From: a virus
Strand: one strand, 5' to 3'
Virus record (IMG/VR): IMGVR_UViG_3300025438_000009
Location: 1-64,000 of that record
Length of the DNA stretch: 64,000 bases
Position 1 is the first letter of the stretch; each line of letters begins with the position of its first letter. This document shows positions 19,787 through 30,645 of the stretch, piece after piece. Below the pieces are notes generated by a model. It was not told where the DNA came from. It made no database searches and saw nothing but the letters and a program-made list of their open reading frames with translations. A program made the translations under genes and the position numbers.

Positions 19787-20116
19787 ATGTTGAGAGATGT
19801 AACAGATAGCACATTCGAAGACGAAGTCCTCGGGAGCAAAGGTGTTGTTCTTGTTGATATTTGGGCAGAGTGGTGTGGACCATGTAAACGGATGACCCCA
19901 GTTCTGAGTTCACTCTCCTACCAGTTCGGAGACAAGTTGCTTGTCGCCAAAGTTGATGCCGACACCAACCCAGCAACCATGGACTTGCTAAATGTAAAAG
20001 GCATTCCGACAATGATTCTCTATGTTCGCGGTGAACCAATTAAAAAATTTGTTGGTGTGCAACCTCGGCACGCTATTGAAATGGTTATCTCCGAGCATGT
20101 CATCATGAATCTCTAG
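19787..20116 (+). CDS. trxA: thioredoxin
   Basis: WAEWCGPCK, GIPT; AAAGGAG RBS. Confidence 0.95.
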   Translation: MLRDVTDSTFEDEVLGSKGVVLVDIWAEWCGPCKRMTPVLSSLSYQFGDKLLVAKVDADTNPATMDLLNVKGIPTMILYVRGEPIKKFVGVQPRHAIEMVISEHVIMNL

Positions 20117-20229
20117 TATACCAAAAAACGGAATGAACTCACCTGAAATTTGGTGTTATACTAAAACAGGAAAATGGCGAGAAAAGGTCCCCGACTCTCT
20201 CCTCGTGCCAAATATTCGTCCGGAGGAAT

Positions 20230-21102
20230 ATGTCCAACGAGCTTGACAAGAATCACATACCTGATATGGTATACGACTCTGCCCCTCGGGACTTCCGGCC
20301 TGACCTTTCACTTTATGGTCTTGAGGAGGTTGACCGTGGTGTTTGTGAAGATTCATATGAGAATCGCTCTGTCCTTCGTGTCAACCGTCTTAACTGGCAA
20401 ATTGTCTATGATGAGAACGGCGAGGCAACGGGTAACATTTTGGTACTCTCACCCGAGATGGCATCTCGTCTTTCTGAACGGCGTGCCGAGGACCGTAAAA
20501 CAATTCTTGTTGACCCACGGAACTATGACTCCGATTATCTAACCGAGGAGGGGCTTCTCCTTGAGGAGACGGCTGACTCTCTTGCTCCTCTCTGGGTTGT
20601 CGCAGCAACCAGGACCTGGCTTCGTATCCGCCATTCGAGGGAGAACGGTAACCCGAAGGCGATGCCCATCCAGCAGGGCCCACCTCAACGGTGCAGGTTT
20701 ATCAAATCTGATAACACCCGTTGTCTGTTGTGGACAGCAAACCGTGTCACGGATGACGGCCTGTGTATGAAGCACCTTGGCACACGGAACAACAATATAA
20801 CGGGTGCTGTTGCACGTGCACGAGCTCGCGCCTACCAAGCAGCCCCGATTGCTGTTGAGATTCTTGAGCAGTTGATGGAATCCGCTGAGAGCGAACCTGT
20901 CAAACTGAAAGCAGCGACGGAGATACTTGACCGTGCTGGTGTGCGGGGTGGTATTGAGATAGAAGCAAGGATTGATATGACCGTCCGTCCTGCATCTGCC
21001 TTGATTGCTGAACGGCTTGCCCGTTTACGCCCCCAAGCTGAAAACATTCTTGAGATTGAGGAACGTAAAGAAACTGTACAAGTAGAAACGGATGAACAAT
21101 GA
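20230..21102 (+). CDS. probable terminase small subunit
   Basis: C..C..C..H knuckle then A..A.E.L.QL..AESE.VKLKAA.EILDRAG. Confidence 0.55.
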   Translation: MSNELDKNHIPDMVYDSAPRDFRPDLSLYGLEEVDRGVCEDSYENRSVLRVNRLNWQIVYDENGEATGNILVLSPEMASRLSERRAEDRKTILVDPRNYDSDYLTEEGLLLEETADSLAPLWVVAATRTWLRIRHSRENGNPKAMPIQQGPPQRCRFIKSDNTRCLLWTANRVTDDGLCMKHLGTRNNNITGAVARARARAYQAAPIAVEILEQLMESAESEPVKLKAATEILDRAGVRGGIEIEARIDMTVRPASALIAERLARLRPQAENILEIEERKETVQVETDEQ

Positions 21103-21539
21103 ACGAAGAAATATCCCGCGAAGCAAAAGAACTAGCGGATAACATTTCAAACGATATCAAAAATGCATCAACTCGCATTGAGCACATCCGTTTGACACAG
21201 CTCGCTTTAGAAGCTGAAAGACTTTCAAAGAAAATAGACGGCTTCCTACTTGACGGCGAGCCTCCCAGCTGATATGCTCTAAACAACTGACCGCTAACCA
21301 CAACGGACACACATGACAAATTACAACCCCTACAAAAGCGATACCCCCGTTGTGTATTCGGATTCACCCCTCAAGGAGTACGACGGGGGAAGAACAGTGG
21401 CGTGCCGGAATGACGTCTGCTCTGCTTACGGAAAGACAATCTTCCGGATTGTTCTTATTAAGAAGTCTGTTTATCATGACACCCAGTACTGGACATGCAC
21501 TCGGTGCGGGAGCCAACACATAACTGAGACGGAGACAGC

Positions 21540-21782
21540 ATGGGAAACTACCCCGAAGGCGTAACGGGTCTCGAGTACGAGATTGCTGGCCCGACCGGAG
21601 AACGAACCGGCGAGCACGAAGACTATTGCCGTAACGAAGACTGCGCCCTGTTTGAAGAATACAAGGACCAAGAAGGAACGGAAACCTGGTACGGAAGCGA
21701 CGGACTGTTCCGTTGGAAATGTGAACGGTGCCACCTTGAGCACGAAATGGAAATCCCCGAATACGAAGAGTACGACCTTTAG
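21540..21782 (+). CDS. acidic Zn-ribbon protein, paralog of 24202..24459
   Basis: YPEGVTG.E..IAGP, CRNEDC, W.CERC. Confidence 0.7.
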   Translation: MGNYPEGVTGLEYEIAGPTGERTGEHEDYCRNEDCALFEEYKDQEGTETWYGSDGLFRWKCERCHLEHEMEIPEYEEYDL

Positions 21783-21813
21783 TACACACCACCCGGCGTG
21801 ATACACTTACTTC

Positions 21814-22644
21814 GTGCCCAGGGGTAGAGAAGCTCATCCGCTTGTCCAGACGGCAAGCGCGTTCATTGGTTATACGGCGAGGCCGAATGCCAATGAGTTT
21901 TTGGTGTACTCAAACGTAACGGGCGAGTTCCAATGGGACGGGTCCTTTGTTGACGCAATGATTGCTAAGACGGCAAGCGCAAACCGCTTACCCAGACACG
22001 CGCACACCAACAACGCCCTCGAGTTCTATCTTCGAAACGGGTGGCAACGGCGTGCCCCTAAACCAGGTGACCTGGTGTTCTACACCTCACCGCTTAAGGT
22101 ACGAGCCCAAGGGTACATGTCACCACGGGTTGGACTTGTCACAGGCACAACGGACTGGAGAAAGAACGGTACCTTCAGGTCCATAGACGGACAGACGCAT
22201 AGCGGTCTGCCCCGAGCCCCTCGAGACTTAAACGGTGTCTACGAACGGACGCACTACGTATCGGATGTGCTTGCCTTTGTTCGAATTCCTAAACGGTACC
22301 TCACCAAGCAAAACGGCGAGCCCCAGTATCGAGCAGGCAATGCGCCCATTGTTCGGCCTGCCCACTTGGAACGGTGCTCCTCTAGGGAGAGAACGGCGAG
22401 CGCAAAACCGGAGTACCGCCTCTCTACGGAGCTAGTTCAGCTTGCTTTGTCCGAGCATCCTGCGACCCGCTTAAGAAATGCAGACCGCTGTGTTTTCAAC
22501 GGCCTGACCCGTTCTGCGCTTGCGAGCTTCCAACGGTTCTGTGGTCACCCGTCTGAAGAGTGCACAGGTTCCCCGAATGTGCGTACACTGGAAGAACTGA
22601 GTATGAGTCCGTACACTTCCAGAAAGTTCAATGTTCAATCATGA
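21814..22644 (+). CDS. CHAP-like protein with degenerate active site plus PG-binding-like C-terminus
   Basis: A...IGY, WDGSFV, PKPGDLVFY, RVGLV, SIDGQT; C-terminal LVQLAL..T..AL..FQ. Confidence 0.65.
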   Translation: MPRGREAHPLVQTASAFIGYTARPNANEFLVYSNVTGEFQWDGSFVDAMIAKTASANRLPRHAHTNNALEFYLRNGWQRRAPKPGDLVFYTSPLKVRAQGYMSPRVGLVTGTTDWRKNGTFRSIDGQTHSGLPRAPRDLNGVYERTHYVSDVLAFVRIPKRYLTKQNGEPQYRAGNAPIVRPAHLERCSSRERTASAKPEYRLSTELVQLALSEHPATRLRNADRCVFNGLTRSALASFQRFCGHPSEECTGSPNVRTLEELSMSPYTSRKFNVQS

Positions 22645-23731
22645 GCTATCGCCACCCAACCTTGACGCCCTTCTTTTCTCGGGATGCTGATAACGGCAAG
22701 CGCCAAGAAATTTTGTATGTGCTTTCACCGGAAGACGGCGTGCTCGTAACAACTTTGCATTTAGATACTCATATCCGCTACGTGTGCAGACAAGTTCGCA
22801 TTCCCGTTTTCCCAGGGGCGAGCCCCTACAACTACACGGTTGAAGGCGAGCCCGCTAGTTTTGGGGCGTCTGAGGACGTAACGGACTTCGTTGACGTAGT
22901 CGGCGAGCTCACAATGCGTGAGACGTTCCTGCTTCCTGAAGACGGCGAGCTCGATTACGATGCGTGAAACGTCCCTGCGTAAAATGATTTTTGATGTAAC
23001 GGATTCTCCAGCAACGGAGCACTACCCGATGGGAGAGTTCCAGTACTACGTCAAGAAGGTTGGGGAGGGGTTTCGCATCTTGCGCTTCGATAACGGGTAT
23101 GGTGCGCTGGTTGAGGGGGGACGGGTAACCGCCATTGCTTGGAGACCCGATTCCAGACACGTGACGGAGTATTACGATGTTTCACAAACTTTGAGGACTA
23201 CTGAAACTTTTGACACTTTGAGGGAAATCCAAGCGTGGGGACCCGCTCCCGCTTTCTGACTCAATTCGCAAAACCCGTGATAACCTTTTTCTAGCACGTT
23301 GCCGTGCCGACCCTCGCTGGTACACCCCCTTCCTTCCTTCCCGCCAGCGAGGGTCTCCCCCTTTTATATACAAAGTTAAAGTTAAAATAAAAGTTTAAGA
23401 AACACCCTGCAACCCCTGCAAGTGCACAAACGTAAAGAAACTGTACACGTGATAGGGTTTTGAGATGCAACATTTAGAAGTACACATAATTTCTAGTCTT
23501 AAAGATATTCATCTTGCAGAAGACGCTGGACTCTTTGGAAGTGACATGTCTGTTATTGTTTCAGGTCCAACTTGCGATTGCTGTGACCAGCTGATATTGT
23601 TAGAGCGTAGCGAAAAAGCACTTATTGTTTTGAGTGATAAAGACAGCTTCGAAGTATCCTGCGAGTCCTGCTTGACAGAAACAATTCTAGCTGGTATCTT
23701 GGAGGAATAACCACAACGAAAGGACGACAAC

Positions 23732-24178
23732 ATGACCAAGGCAATTGCCAAAGCTTTGTACATCGAGCTTCGCAAGTACTCCAATACTGCACAAATCATT
23801 CTTATCCCAGCGCTCAAAATCGATGCCTCTGGGGACTCACAACCTATGCGAGTTCTCAATCGACAGATTAGCGCTTCGCACCCTCGCAGGTCTTGGAGGT
23901 TCTACAAGTCCTCAACTCCTTCCGAGCTTTTCGAAACTATCGACTTGGAGCTTGCCACCACCCAGGCAATTCCCTTCATTCAGGACATCGAATCGTACTT
24001 CCATGGATTCGGCAACGCTGGCTGGGAAGTTTACAAAACTCCTGTTGCTGTCGAGCTGACATATGACGACATCAGGGAAGTTCAAGATGCTAGGACCCCC
24101 CAGGCGTTTATGCGCCGACTCACCAGGGCTCGCGTTGGTGCGGGGTACCACGAAGAACTTTTCTCTACTTCTGCCTAA
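23732..24178 (+). CDS. hypothetical protein
   Basis: ACCACAACGAAAGGA leader. Confidence 0.7.
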   Translation: MTKAIAKALYIELRKYSNTAQIILIPALKIDASGDSQPMRVLNRQISASHPRRSWRFYKSSTPSELFETIDLELATTQAIPFIQDIESYFHGFGNAGWEVYKTPVAVELTYDDIREVQDARTPQAFMRRLTRARVGAGYHEELFSTSA

Positions 24179-24201
24179 ATAACCCCAACGAAGGGAAACA
24201 A

Positions 24202-24459
24202 ATGTCTGGATACTACCCCGAGGGCGTTACAGGAAATGAATTGGCGATTGCTGGACCCGACAGCGAGAAGGAAGCCACACGCGAGACTTGGTGCCGAAAC
24301 CGAGAGTGCGAGGATTACACCGTCCCCCAAGAAATCGAGGGCGATGAGTGGACACACGGCGGTGAAGTCTTTTTCGATTGGACTTGCCCCGAGTGTTCCA
24401 AGTGGCACCAGGACGAAGACGGCTACATCGACCCTATGGGCTACCACCCCGACCTATGA
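24202..24459 (+). CDS. acidic Zn-ribbon protein, paralog of 21540..21782
   Basis: YPEGVTGNELAIAGP, CRNREC, WTCPEC. Confidence 0.7.
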   Translation: MSGYYPEGVTGNELAIAGPDSEKEATRETWCRNRECEDYTVPQEIEGDEWTHGGEVFFDWTCPECSKWHQDEDGYIDPMGYHPDL

Positions 24460-24531
24460 GGGGACAAGCCGATTTGACACTCTAAAGTATCTACACTAAA
24501 CTAGGTATATCACAATGAAAGGACGACAACA

Positions 24532-25569
24532 ATGGAAACTAAAATCAAAGAAGTTACCGAGTTTGCAAATGCCAGGCTTTCCGAAATTACTGTCGATACT
24601 ATGACAGGGCTCTCTCCAGAGCTGTCTGCATACATGGCGGCGACCATGGCTCAGAATCTTCACCCAGACATGGCTGGGATTCTCGAGAGCATCACCAACG
24701 ACCAGGGCAGAGCCCGAGGACGTTCAGGCGCATCTACTACTCCTAGGGAAGGTTCTGCTACTAGCAACCTTACCGAGGAAAATAAGAAGTGGCTACGCTC
24801 TAATGGCGAGTACTACTTCACTCGCTCGTGGGGAGGGCACGATGACGTTTTGGTACTCCGGCAAGCGCGGGATAACCAGCACTTCATTCTCCTCTATGGC
24901 GCACCTGGCTGTGGGAAGACTGCACTTGTTGAGGCAGCCTTCGGCGATGAGCTCTACACTGTGCTTGGGTCTGGCGACACCGAGGTTTCTGACCTCGTTG
25001 GTGGCTACTCCCAGCTCCCTGGTGGAGACTTCATCTGGACTGATGGTCCTCTAGTCAAGGCAGCCGAAGCTGGCAAGCCTCTGCTGATTGACGAGATTGG
25101 GCTCATTGACCCTAAGGTCCTCTCGATTGTCTATGGCTTGATGGACGGGCGTCGCGAGTACACTGTGACTGCCAACCCCGAGCGTGGCACTGTCAAGGCT
25201 CAAGATGGCTTCTACGTCATTGCGGCGACCAACCCCAACGCTCCTGGCGTTCGACTCTCCGAGGCTCTGCTCTCCAGGTTCGTGGTCCAGGTCGAGATGA
25301 CTACGGACTGGTCCCTGGCTCGCAAGCTCGGCGTTCCAAGTCCTGCGGTCAATGCGGCGCAGAACCTGGCTCGCAAGCAAGAGTCTGGCGAAGTGTCTTG
25401 GGCTCCGCAGATGCGTGAGCTCCTCGCCTTCCGCGACCTCGAGAAGGTCTTCGGGACTAAGTGGGCAGTACAGAATCTGCTTGCAGCATCTCCCGAGATG
25501 GACCGCCCCACTGTGTCTGATGTGTTTAGTCGGACCTATGGTGAGCCCGCGCTCCCAGCGCGTATCTAG
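24532..25569 (+). CDS. MoxR/CbbQ/CobS-like AAA+ ATPase
   Basis: GAPGCGKT, LLIDE, ATNP, ALLSRF; own TTGACA-17-TAAACT promoter. Confidence 0.92.
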   Translation: METKIKEVTEFANARLSEITVDTMTGLSPELSAYMAATMAQNLHPDMAGILESITNDQGRARGRSGASTTPREGSATSNLTEENKKWLRSNGEYYFTRSWGGHDDVLVLRQARDNQHFILLYGAPGCGKTALVEAAFGDELYTVLGSGDTEVSDLVGGYSQLPGGDFIWTDGPLVKAAEAGKPLLIDEIGLIDPKVLSIVYGLMDGRREYTVTANPERGTVKAQDGFYVIAATNPNAPGVRLSEALLSRFVVQVEMTTDWSLARKLGVPSPAVNAAQNLARKQESGEVSWAPQMRELLAFRDLEKVFGTKWAVQNLLAASPEMDRPTVSDVFSRTYGEPALPARI

Positions 25570-25673
25570 ACTACTGGGGGGAGGGAGTCGTCCCCCTCCC
25601 CTCAGTTCTAGTTTGACTTTGATACAGTGACCTGGTATCGTGTAGGTAGGACGACCACAACGAAAGGACGATA

Positions 25674-27473
25674 ATGACACACTTTGGACCTAGTGCCACA
25701 ATTACCAGCACCACCCCCGAGGAGTGGCTAGGCGTTGGCGCAAAGATTGGCAAGCTCGTAAACAAGTGGGCAGGTCGCTATGACCTGGTTGCCTACATTG
25801 GAGACGAAGCTTCCATCGAGAGTGGCTCTCCCGCACGTTTCATACCCGCCACTGGCGAGGTCGAGATAAATACTAGAATCTCCTTCCCTGGCGCAACCCC
25901 CGAGCAGGTCGGGGACCTTACCGAGCGCTCACAACAGTTTGAGTTCCCCAAGGGAACTGGCGCGATTCTTCACGAAGCGATGCACGCCCGGTTCTCAACT
26001 TTCGACATAGGGCAAGCGCAACGCGAGCTCGGCGCTCGAGCATGGGAGGGCATGTACCTTCTCGAGGAAGGACGTATCGAAGCGTTCGGCGTGCGGACAT
26101 TGCCAGAAAATAAAGCGTTCCTACGGGCGTGCGCTATGGATATTGTTCTGGGCGATGTTGCCGACTGGGAAGCTGAAGCCCTGGGTTCCGTTCGTGGCGT
26201 GGCAAAGATGATTGCCCTCACCTCGGCTCGAGTTACCGCTGGGGTTCTGTCTGCCGACGACATTGCGCCCTTCACAGCTATCATTCCGGTGGTCGCTCCC
26301 GAGGGATTGATTGATGCTCTACGACCTATCTGGACTGAGTACCAGATGCTCGTTCCCGAGCTCCACCTCGAGCGTATGTATAACCTTGCTCGCAAGTGGG
26401 CTGAAGTTGTTGCCTCGGCTACCGAGGAAGCTGGCGAGTCTGAAGATAGCGAAGGCGAAGGCGAGAGCTCTCCAGGGAGTGAGTCCCGCGCTGAGCAGAT
26501 TCGCGAAGCCATTCAAGAGATTCTCGACAACGTAGAGTTTGGGGCGATTGCCGAAGCTCTTGACCAGCAGGCTAAAGAGGACCGTGAGGGTGCTATCGAG
26601 CAGGCGAACCGCAATAGCCAAGAGGTTCGCTCGGCTCGGGAAACCGCCTCAGAGGTATTCTCCCATGGCTCGGGTTCAGCTGACGTTCGGGGGACCTCCT
26701 CGCGACTCATGGAAACACGTCCACCCTCGAGCTCAGAGCGGGCTAGCGCTGTGCGGATTGCTCAGGCTCTCGAGCGTGCTAAGTATCGTGACCGCGTTCG
26801 GACGGAGACGGCAAGCGCTACTCCCCCAGGACGCCTGCGGACTCGTGCTATTGTGCAAGGCAGGGCGATGCGCAAGCGTGGCATGATGGACACCACCACC
26901 CCATGGAACCGGATTCAGCGGAGACACGTTGATGACCCAGACTTGACCATCGGCGTGATGGTGGATATCTCTGGCTCAATGAGTTCAGCGATGGAACCGA
27001 TGGCGAGTGCGGCGTGGGTTCTCTCTGAGGCAACCCGGCGTGTGCAAGGTCGAACCGCGATGGTCTACTACGGCTCGGACGTCTTCCACACACTCAAGCC
27101 AGGACAGCACCTAGACAAGGTGACGGTCTACTCGGCAAGCGATTCGACAGAGGAGTTCGGTAAGGCGTTCCAGGCTCTGGACGGACAGCTCGAGTTGCTC
27201 AACGGGACGGGTGCTAGGTTGCTCGTCATTGTGTCGGACGGACAATATCGGAGGGACCAGGTTGATGAAGTCCGGCGAGTGATGAAGCGGTGCGACCAGG
27301 CAGGCGTGGCAGTTCTGTGGATTGGTGCTGGTAGCTATGGTGCTGATGCTGAGAAGTTCTGTTCATCGGCGAGCTCCTCGTTCACGAGAATGGCGGGTGC
27401 TGTGACCGAAGTCGCTGACCGTATCGGCAAGCTAGCAGAGCAAGCTCTGACCAACGCAGGAAGCCGAGGGTAG
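25674..27473 (+). CDS. VWA-domain partner protein (CobT-like) with HExxH
   Basis: LHEAMH, EEGRIE, MIDAS DISGSM, VSDG. Confidence 0.88.
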   Translation: MTHFGPSATITSTTPEEWLGVGAKIGKLVNKWAGRYDLVAYIGDEASIESGSPARFIPATGEVEINTRISFPGATPEQVGDLTERSQQFEFPKGTGAILHEAMHARFSTFDIGQAQRELGARAWEGMYLLEEGRIEAFGVRTLPENKAFLRACAMDIVLGDVADWEAEALGSVRGVAKMIALTSARVTAGVLSADDIAPFTAIIPVVAPEGLIDALRPIWTEYQMLVPELHLERMYNLARKWAEVVASATEEAGESEDSEGEGESSPGSESRAEQIREAIQEILDNVEFGAIAEALDQQAKEDREGAIEQANRNSQEVRSARETASEVFSHGSGSADVRGTSSRLMETRPPSSSERASAVRIAQALERAKYRDRVRTETASATPPGRLRTRAIVQGRAMRKRGMMDTTTPWNRIQRRHVDDPDLTIGVMVDISGSMSSAMEPMASAAWVLSEATRRVQGRTAMVYYGSDVFHTLKPGQHLDKVTVYSASDSTEEFGKAFQALDGQLELLNGTGARLLVIVSDGQYRRDQVDEVRRVMKRCDQAGVAVLWIGAGSYGADAEKFCSSASSSFTRMAGAVTEVADRIGKLAEQALTNAGSRG

Positions 27474-27527
27474 CGGGTGAAGATTCTAGCTTTTGACATA
27501 GTAGCCCCTAGCGCAGAACCAACCAAG

Positions 27528-27557
27528 AAGCCCCCGAGAAATCGGGGGTCTTTTTTT
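27528..27557 (+). terminator. intrinsic terminator, representative of those closing each cassette
   Basis: CCCCCGA-GAAA-TCGGGGG then T-tract; similar hairpins near 28350, 29237, 30287, 31793, 32520, 33348, 33569, 36500, 36882, 37472. Confidence 0.8.
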
Positions 27558-27864
27558 GGGTTCTTGTATCAACGTAAAGAAAGTGTACGGGAGTCACAAC
27601 TAAGACTTGCGCTCGGGAGAGATTGCTGATATTGTCTAATTGTAACCACAACCGAAAGGACGACAAATGTCACAACTAGACCCGTTCGAGTGCGATGCCG
27701 AGGGGTGCTTCGATTCGTCAGAATACGGCGTGACCCTCACGGATATGACCAAAGCGGACATCTGCTCGGGTTGTCTCGGATACCTAGAGGGCGAGGGACT
27801 TGTTTTGTTCTCTATCCGCCACAAAGTTCTCAACTAACCACAACCACAACAGAAGGACGAAAAA

Positions 27865-28326
27865 ATGGGATACACACACAATTGGAGAAGAGACGAAAGT
27901 CTGATGTTTCCAGAGGACTCTCGCGAGTTCTACGCGGAGTTCACTCGCTATGCGGTGCAGATAATCCAAACCGCAAAGCAACAGGGTATCGAACTTGCTG
28001 ACTCTAGTGGCGAGCACTTGGGTGCCTGGCGAGTGGACGGGGATTCGGTGCGACTCAACGGGTACGGCGAGGACTCTTACGAGAGTTTTGTTTGGGAGAA
28101 AGTCTGCCCTGAACCGCAGGACTCCAAGGGGTTCTACGGTTTTTGTAAGACCGCTCGCAAGCCTTACGATGTTGTCGTGACCGCCTTGCTCCTTGCGGCA
28201 CGGGAAGCATACGGGGACGCTGTACGGATTTCTTCCGATGGTTCGCCTTACGAGTGGGAGGACGGGGTGAAACTCTTCCAGCAGGCGACTGGACTGGTGT
28301 CAAGCCCCCTACTCGAAACCGTCTAG
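27865..28326 (+). CDS. conserved phage hypothetical protein
   Basis: MGYTHNW..FCKTARKPYDVVV..SSDG. Confidence 0.75.
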   Translation: MGYTHNWRRDESLMFPEDSREFYAEFTRYAVQIIQTAKQQGIELADSSGEHLGAWRVDGDSVRLNGYGEDSYESFVWEKVCPEPQDSKGFYGFCKTARKPYDVVVTALLLAAREAYGDAVRISSDGSPYEWEDGVKLFQQATGLVSSPLLETV

Positions 28327-28554
28327 ATGTAGACAAGCCACAGCGAAAAGCCCCCGCGAAAGTGGGGGTTTTTTGTTGCCCGATTTTTTGTCGGACACCT
28401 ACGAACGTAAAGAATGTGTACGGGCTCAAAATTTCTGGTTGCTCCGCAACTTTGTATGTGGAAAGTTTGTGGGCGCTCCGAAGAAATACCTTGCTGGTTT
28501 GACAATGTCACACGTGGGTACTAAAGTAGTAAGTACCACAAGAAAGGATTTACA

Positions 28555-28893
28555 ATGGAAAACAAGAATCACAGCGCGGAGTTCTATGTTGATGCTCCCT
28601 GGCTAGAAGTTATTTGGGGCGAAGGCTCACGATTCCAAGTCTGCCGTAATGGCGAGATGCGGATTATCGACAACGTTCGCGAAGCCGTCTACCGCTACAC
28701 GAGTGACTTGGTCGAGGCAGGCATCACGACTGATGCCGATGTCCAGGCACTCTACGAGAGCGAAGACTATGTTGTTTCGTACAATCCCTGGTTCGAGGTC
28801 TTCGACGCCGAGGACTCTGGGGGCGATGGAGAAGTATTTCATAACGTCCACGAGGCTATCTCTCGGGCCCAGAAGTTGTCTGAGGAGAAATAA
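28555..28893 (+). CDS. hypothetical early protein
   Basis: own promoter at 28499 and AAAGGA RBS. Confidence 0.7.
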   Translation: MENKNHSAEFYVDAPWLEVIWGEGSRFQVCRNGEMRIIDNVREAVYRYTSDLVEAGITTDADVQALYESEDYVVSYNPWFEVFDAEDSGGDGEVFHNVHEAISRAQKLSEEK

Positions 28894-28895
28894 TA

Positions 28896-29168
28896 ATGAG
28901 TGATAATGACCAGTTGATACGACACCTAGGAGTCTGGCAAGGACTCGAACTGGAGTATTCTTGGGGACACTACGCGGTCTACTGCGGTGGCGCGGAAGAC
29001 GCCACGCTAGTCGAATACTTTGGTGGAGACGACTACGGGGTTATCAAGCGCTTCGCGGGTGAGACTGCTATCCATGATGCTATCCGCGAGTGTGACGACC
29101 AATACAGCGCGTCTCTCGATTTGACAATGTTACACGTGGGCATTATGCTAAGAGTATCAACTCAATAA
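28896..29168 (+). CDS. hypothetical early protein
   Basis: GAGGAG RBS, follows previous gene. Confidence 0.6.
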   Translation: MSDNDQLIRHLGVWQGLELEYSWGHYAVYCGGAEDATLVEYFGGDDYGVIKRFAGETAIHDAIRECDDQYSASLDLTMLHVGIMLRVSTQ

Positions 29169-29559
29169 CCACAACGAGATGAGGGGTTATCACCCGAGTC
29201 GGACTCTCGCAAGAGAGCGAGGACTGAACAGAGAGAAGGGGAGTCGCAGACTCCCCTTTTTGTTTGTGCCGTGAGCCTTGCACGAACGTAAAGAATGTGT
29301 ACGGATTTGACACGGAAAGGTTTTTTTGGTACATTGTCAATGTATTTACAACCAAGGAGAAAAATGACGAAGCAAAAGAAAATGACAATGGCAGAAGGGT
29401 TCACCCTCATCACGGGGCTCTCTGCGGTATTTGTTGTGTTCTACCTAATCGCGCAGCTCATAGGGCGCGGTTACTAATTTTGCGACACGCCGTAGCAAAG
29501 TTTGACAATGTCACACGTGGGCACTAGGCTGGGAGTATCCCAGAGAGAAGGAGGACGAA

Positions 29560-29841
29560 ATGGAAAAGACAGTAAACGCCCAGACAGCCGAAGCGATTGC
29601 CGGACTGGCTCAAGTACGCGCCGATATCAAGCGCCTACAGGAGCAAGAGTCCACTCTCCGCGACACCGTCATCGAGGGTATGGGGGACGCACAGATTGCG
29701 GTCTTCCGAAACCAAGCGATTGCTCGCTTGACCCAAGTCACTCGCACCACGATTGACTCCAAGAAACTTCAGGAGCACTATCCCGAAGCGTTCGCAGACA
29801 CGAAGCGCGAGAGCACTTCTCCTAGGCTGACCTTAGTCTAG
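29560..29841 (+). CDS. hypothetical protein, paralog of 32226..32507
   Basis: MEKTVN..TAEA..IARLTQVTR..DSKKLQE..PEAF..SPRLTLV. Confidence 0.8.
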   Translation: MEKTVNAQTAEAIAGLAQVRADIKRLQEQESTLRDTVIEGMGDAQIAVFRNQAIARLTQVTRTTIDSKKLQEHYPEAFADTKRESTSPRLTLV

Positions 29842-29871
29842 GGGGAGACTCTCTCCAAGGAAGGAAACACA

Positions 29872-30090
29872 ATGTCACTTTATGAAATAACCGGATATAT
29901 CCAAATCCCCGTCTCCGCTACGGTGGAAGCGGACTCCCCCGAAAAAGCCCACGAGATTGGTAAAGACCTTATCAACGATGGGATTGGTATCCAGGGAGAC
30001 CAGTACTTGCTAGAAGAATACAGCGTATGGAACATTGACCTACCCGATGAGCCAGTAGAGACTCTCTTGACCCACATAGGACACGCATAA
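29872..30090 (+). CDS. small acidic protein
   Basis: VEADSPEKA pattern; AAGGAAGGA RBS. Confidence 0.65.
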   Translation: MSLYEITGYIQIPVSATVEADSPEKAHEIGKDLINDGIGIQGDQYLLEEYSVWNIDLPDEPVETLLTHIGHA

Positions 30091-30645
30091 ACAAATACAA
30101 AGATAGCCCCCGCAAGAGGGAAGAAAGAGGACAAGATGAAAATCACCGCCACCTACCCGACTTGGCGCAAGCCAGCACCAGAGACCTACATCGTAGACGC
30201 CGAAGAGGCAGATTATTGGGTCGAGCAACTAATTGCTAGTGGTGCGCTTTTTGTGACAACTAAAGAAGATTAGAAACGAAAAAATATCCCCCGCCAAAAG
30301 CGCGGGGGTTATTTTTTTTGCGCGGGAGCCCCCGCGAACGTAAAGAATGTGTACGCGGGTTTTGGTGCTTGACTTTTTATGTGCGGGTTGGTACTTTACT
30401 AATATATCCACACAACAAGGAGGAAAAATGTATTACTTTATTACTGTAGTTGCTAGGGGTACGCGGGAAATAATTGCTACCTATATCGCATCACTCGAAG
30501 ATGAAGCGCACCGAATCGTCCAGTCTATTGGAACTGGCGAAGGCTATATGGTATTTGTAACTCAGGGCGACCCACTGTCGTAACTTGCGCTGAGTGCCGT
30601 TGAGCACTATACTGAAACTGTAAGACTAAATAGAAGGAGACACAA

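Larger units (their letters stand above)
28499..29530 (+). promoter_or_regulatory. three near-identical sigma-A promoters TTGACA-ATGTYACACGTGGGYAY-TANNNT
   Basis: copies at 28499, 29121, 29502. Confidence 0.85.

Noticed and set aside
24532-27473. AAA+/VWA pair as a cobalamin (CobST) pathway
   Set aside because: No other cob genes are present, and such chaperone-like pairs are common in large phages
29178-29206. GATGAG..CGAG as a hammerhead core
   Set aside because: Lacks CUGA and GAAA; kept only as a generic sRNA candidate
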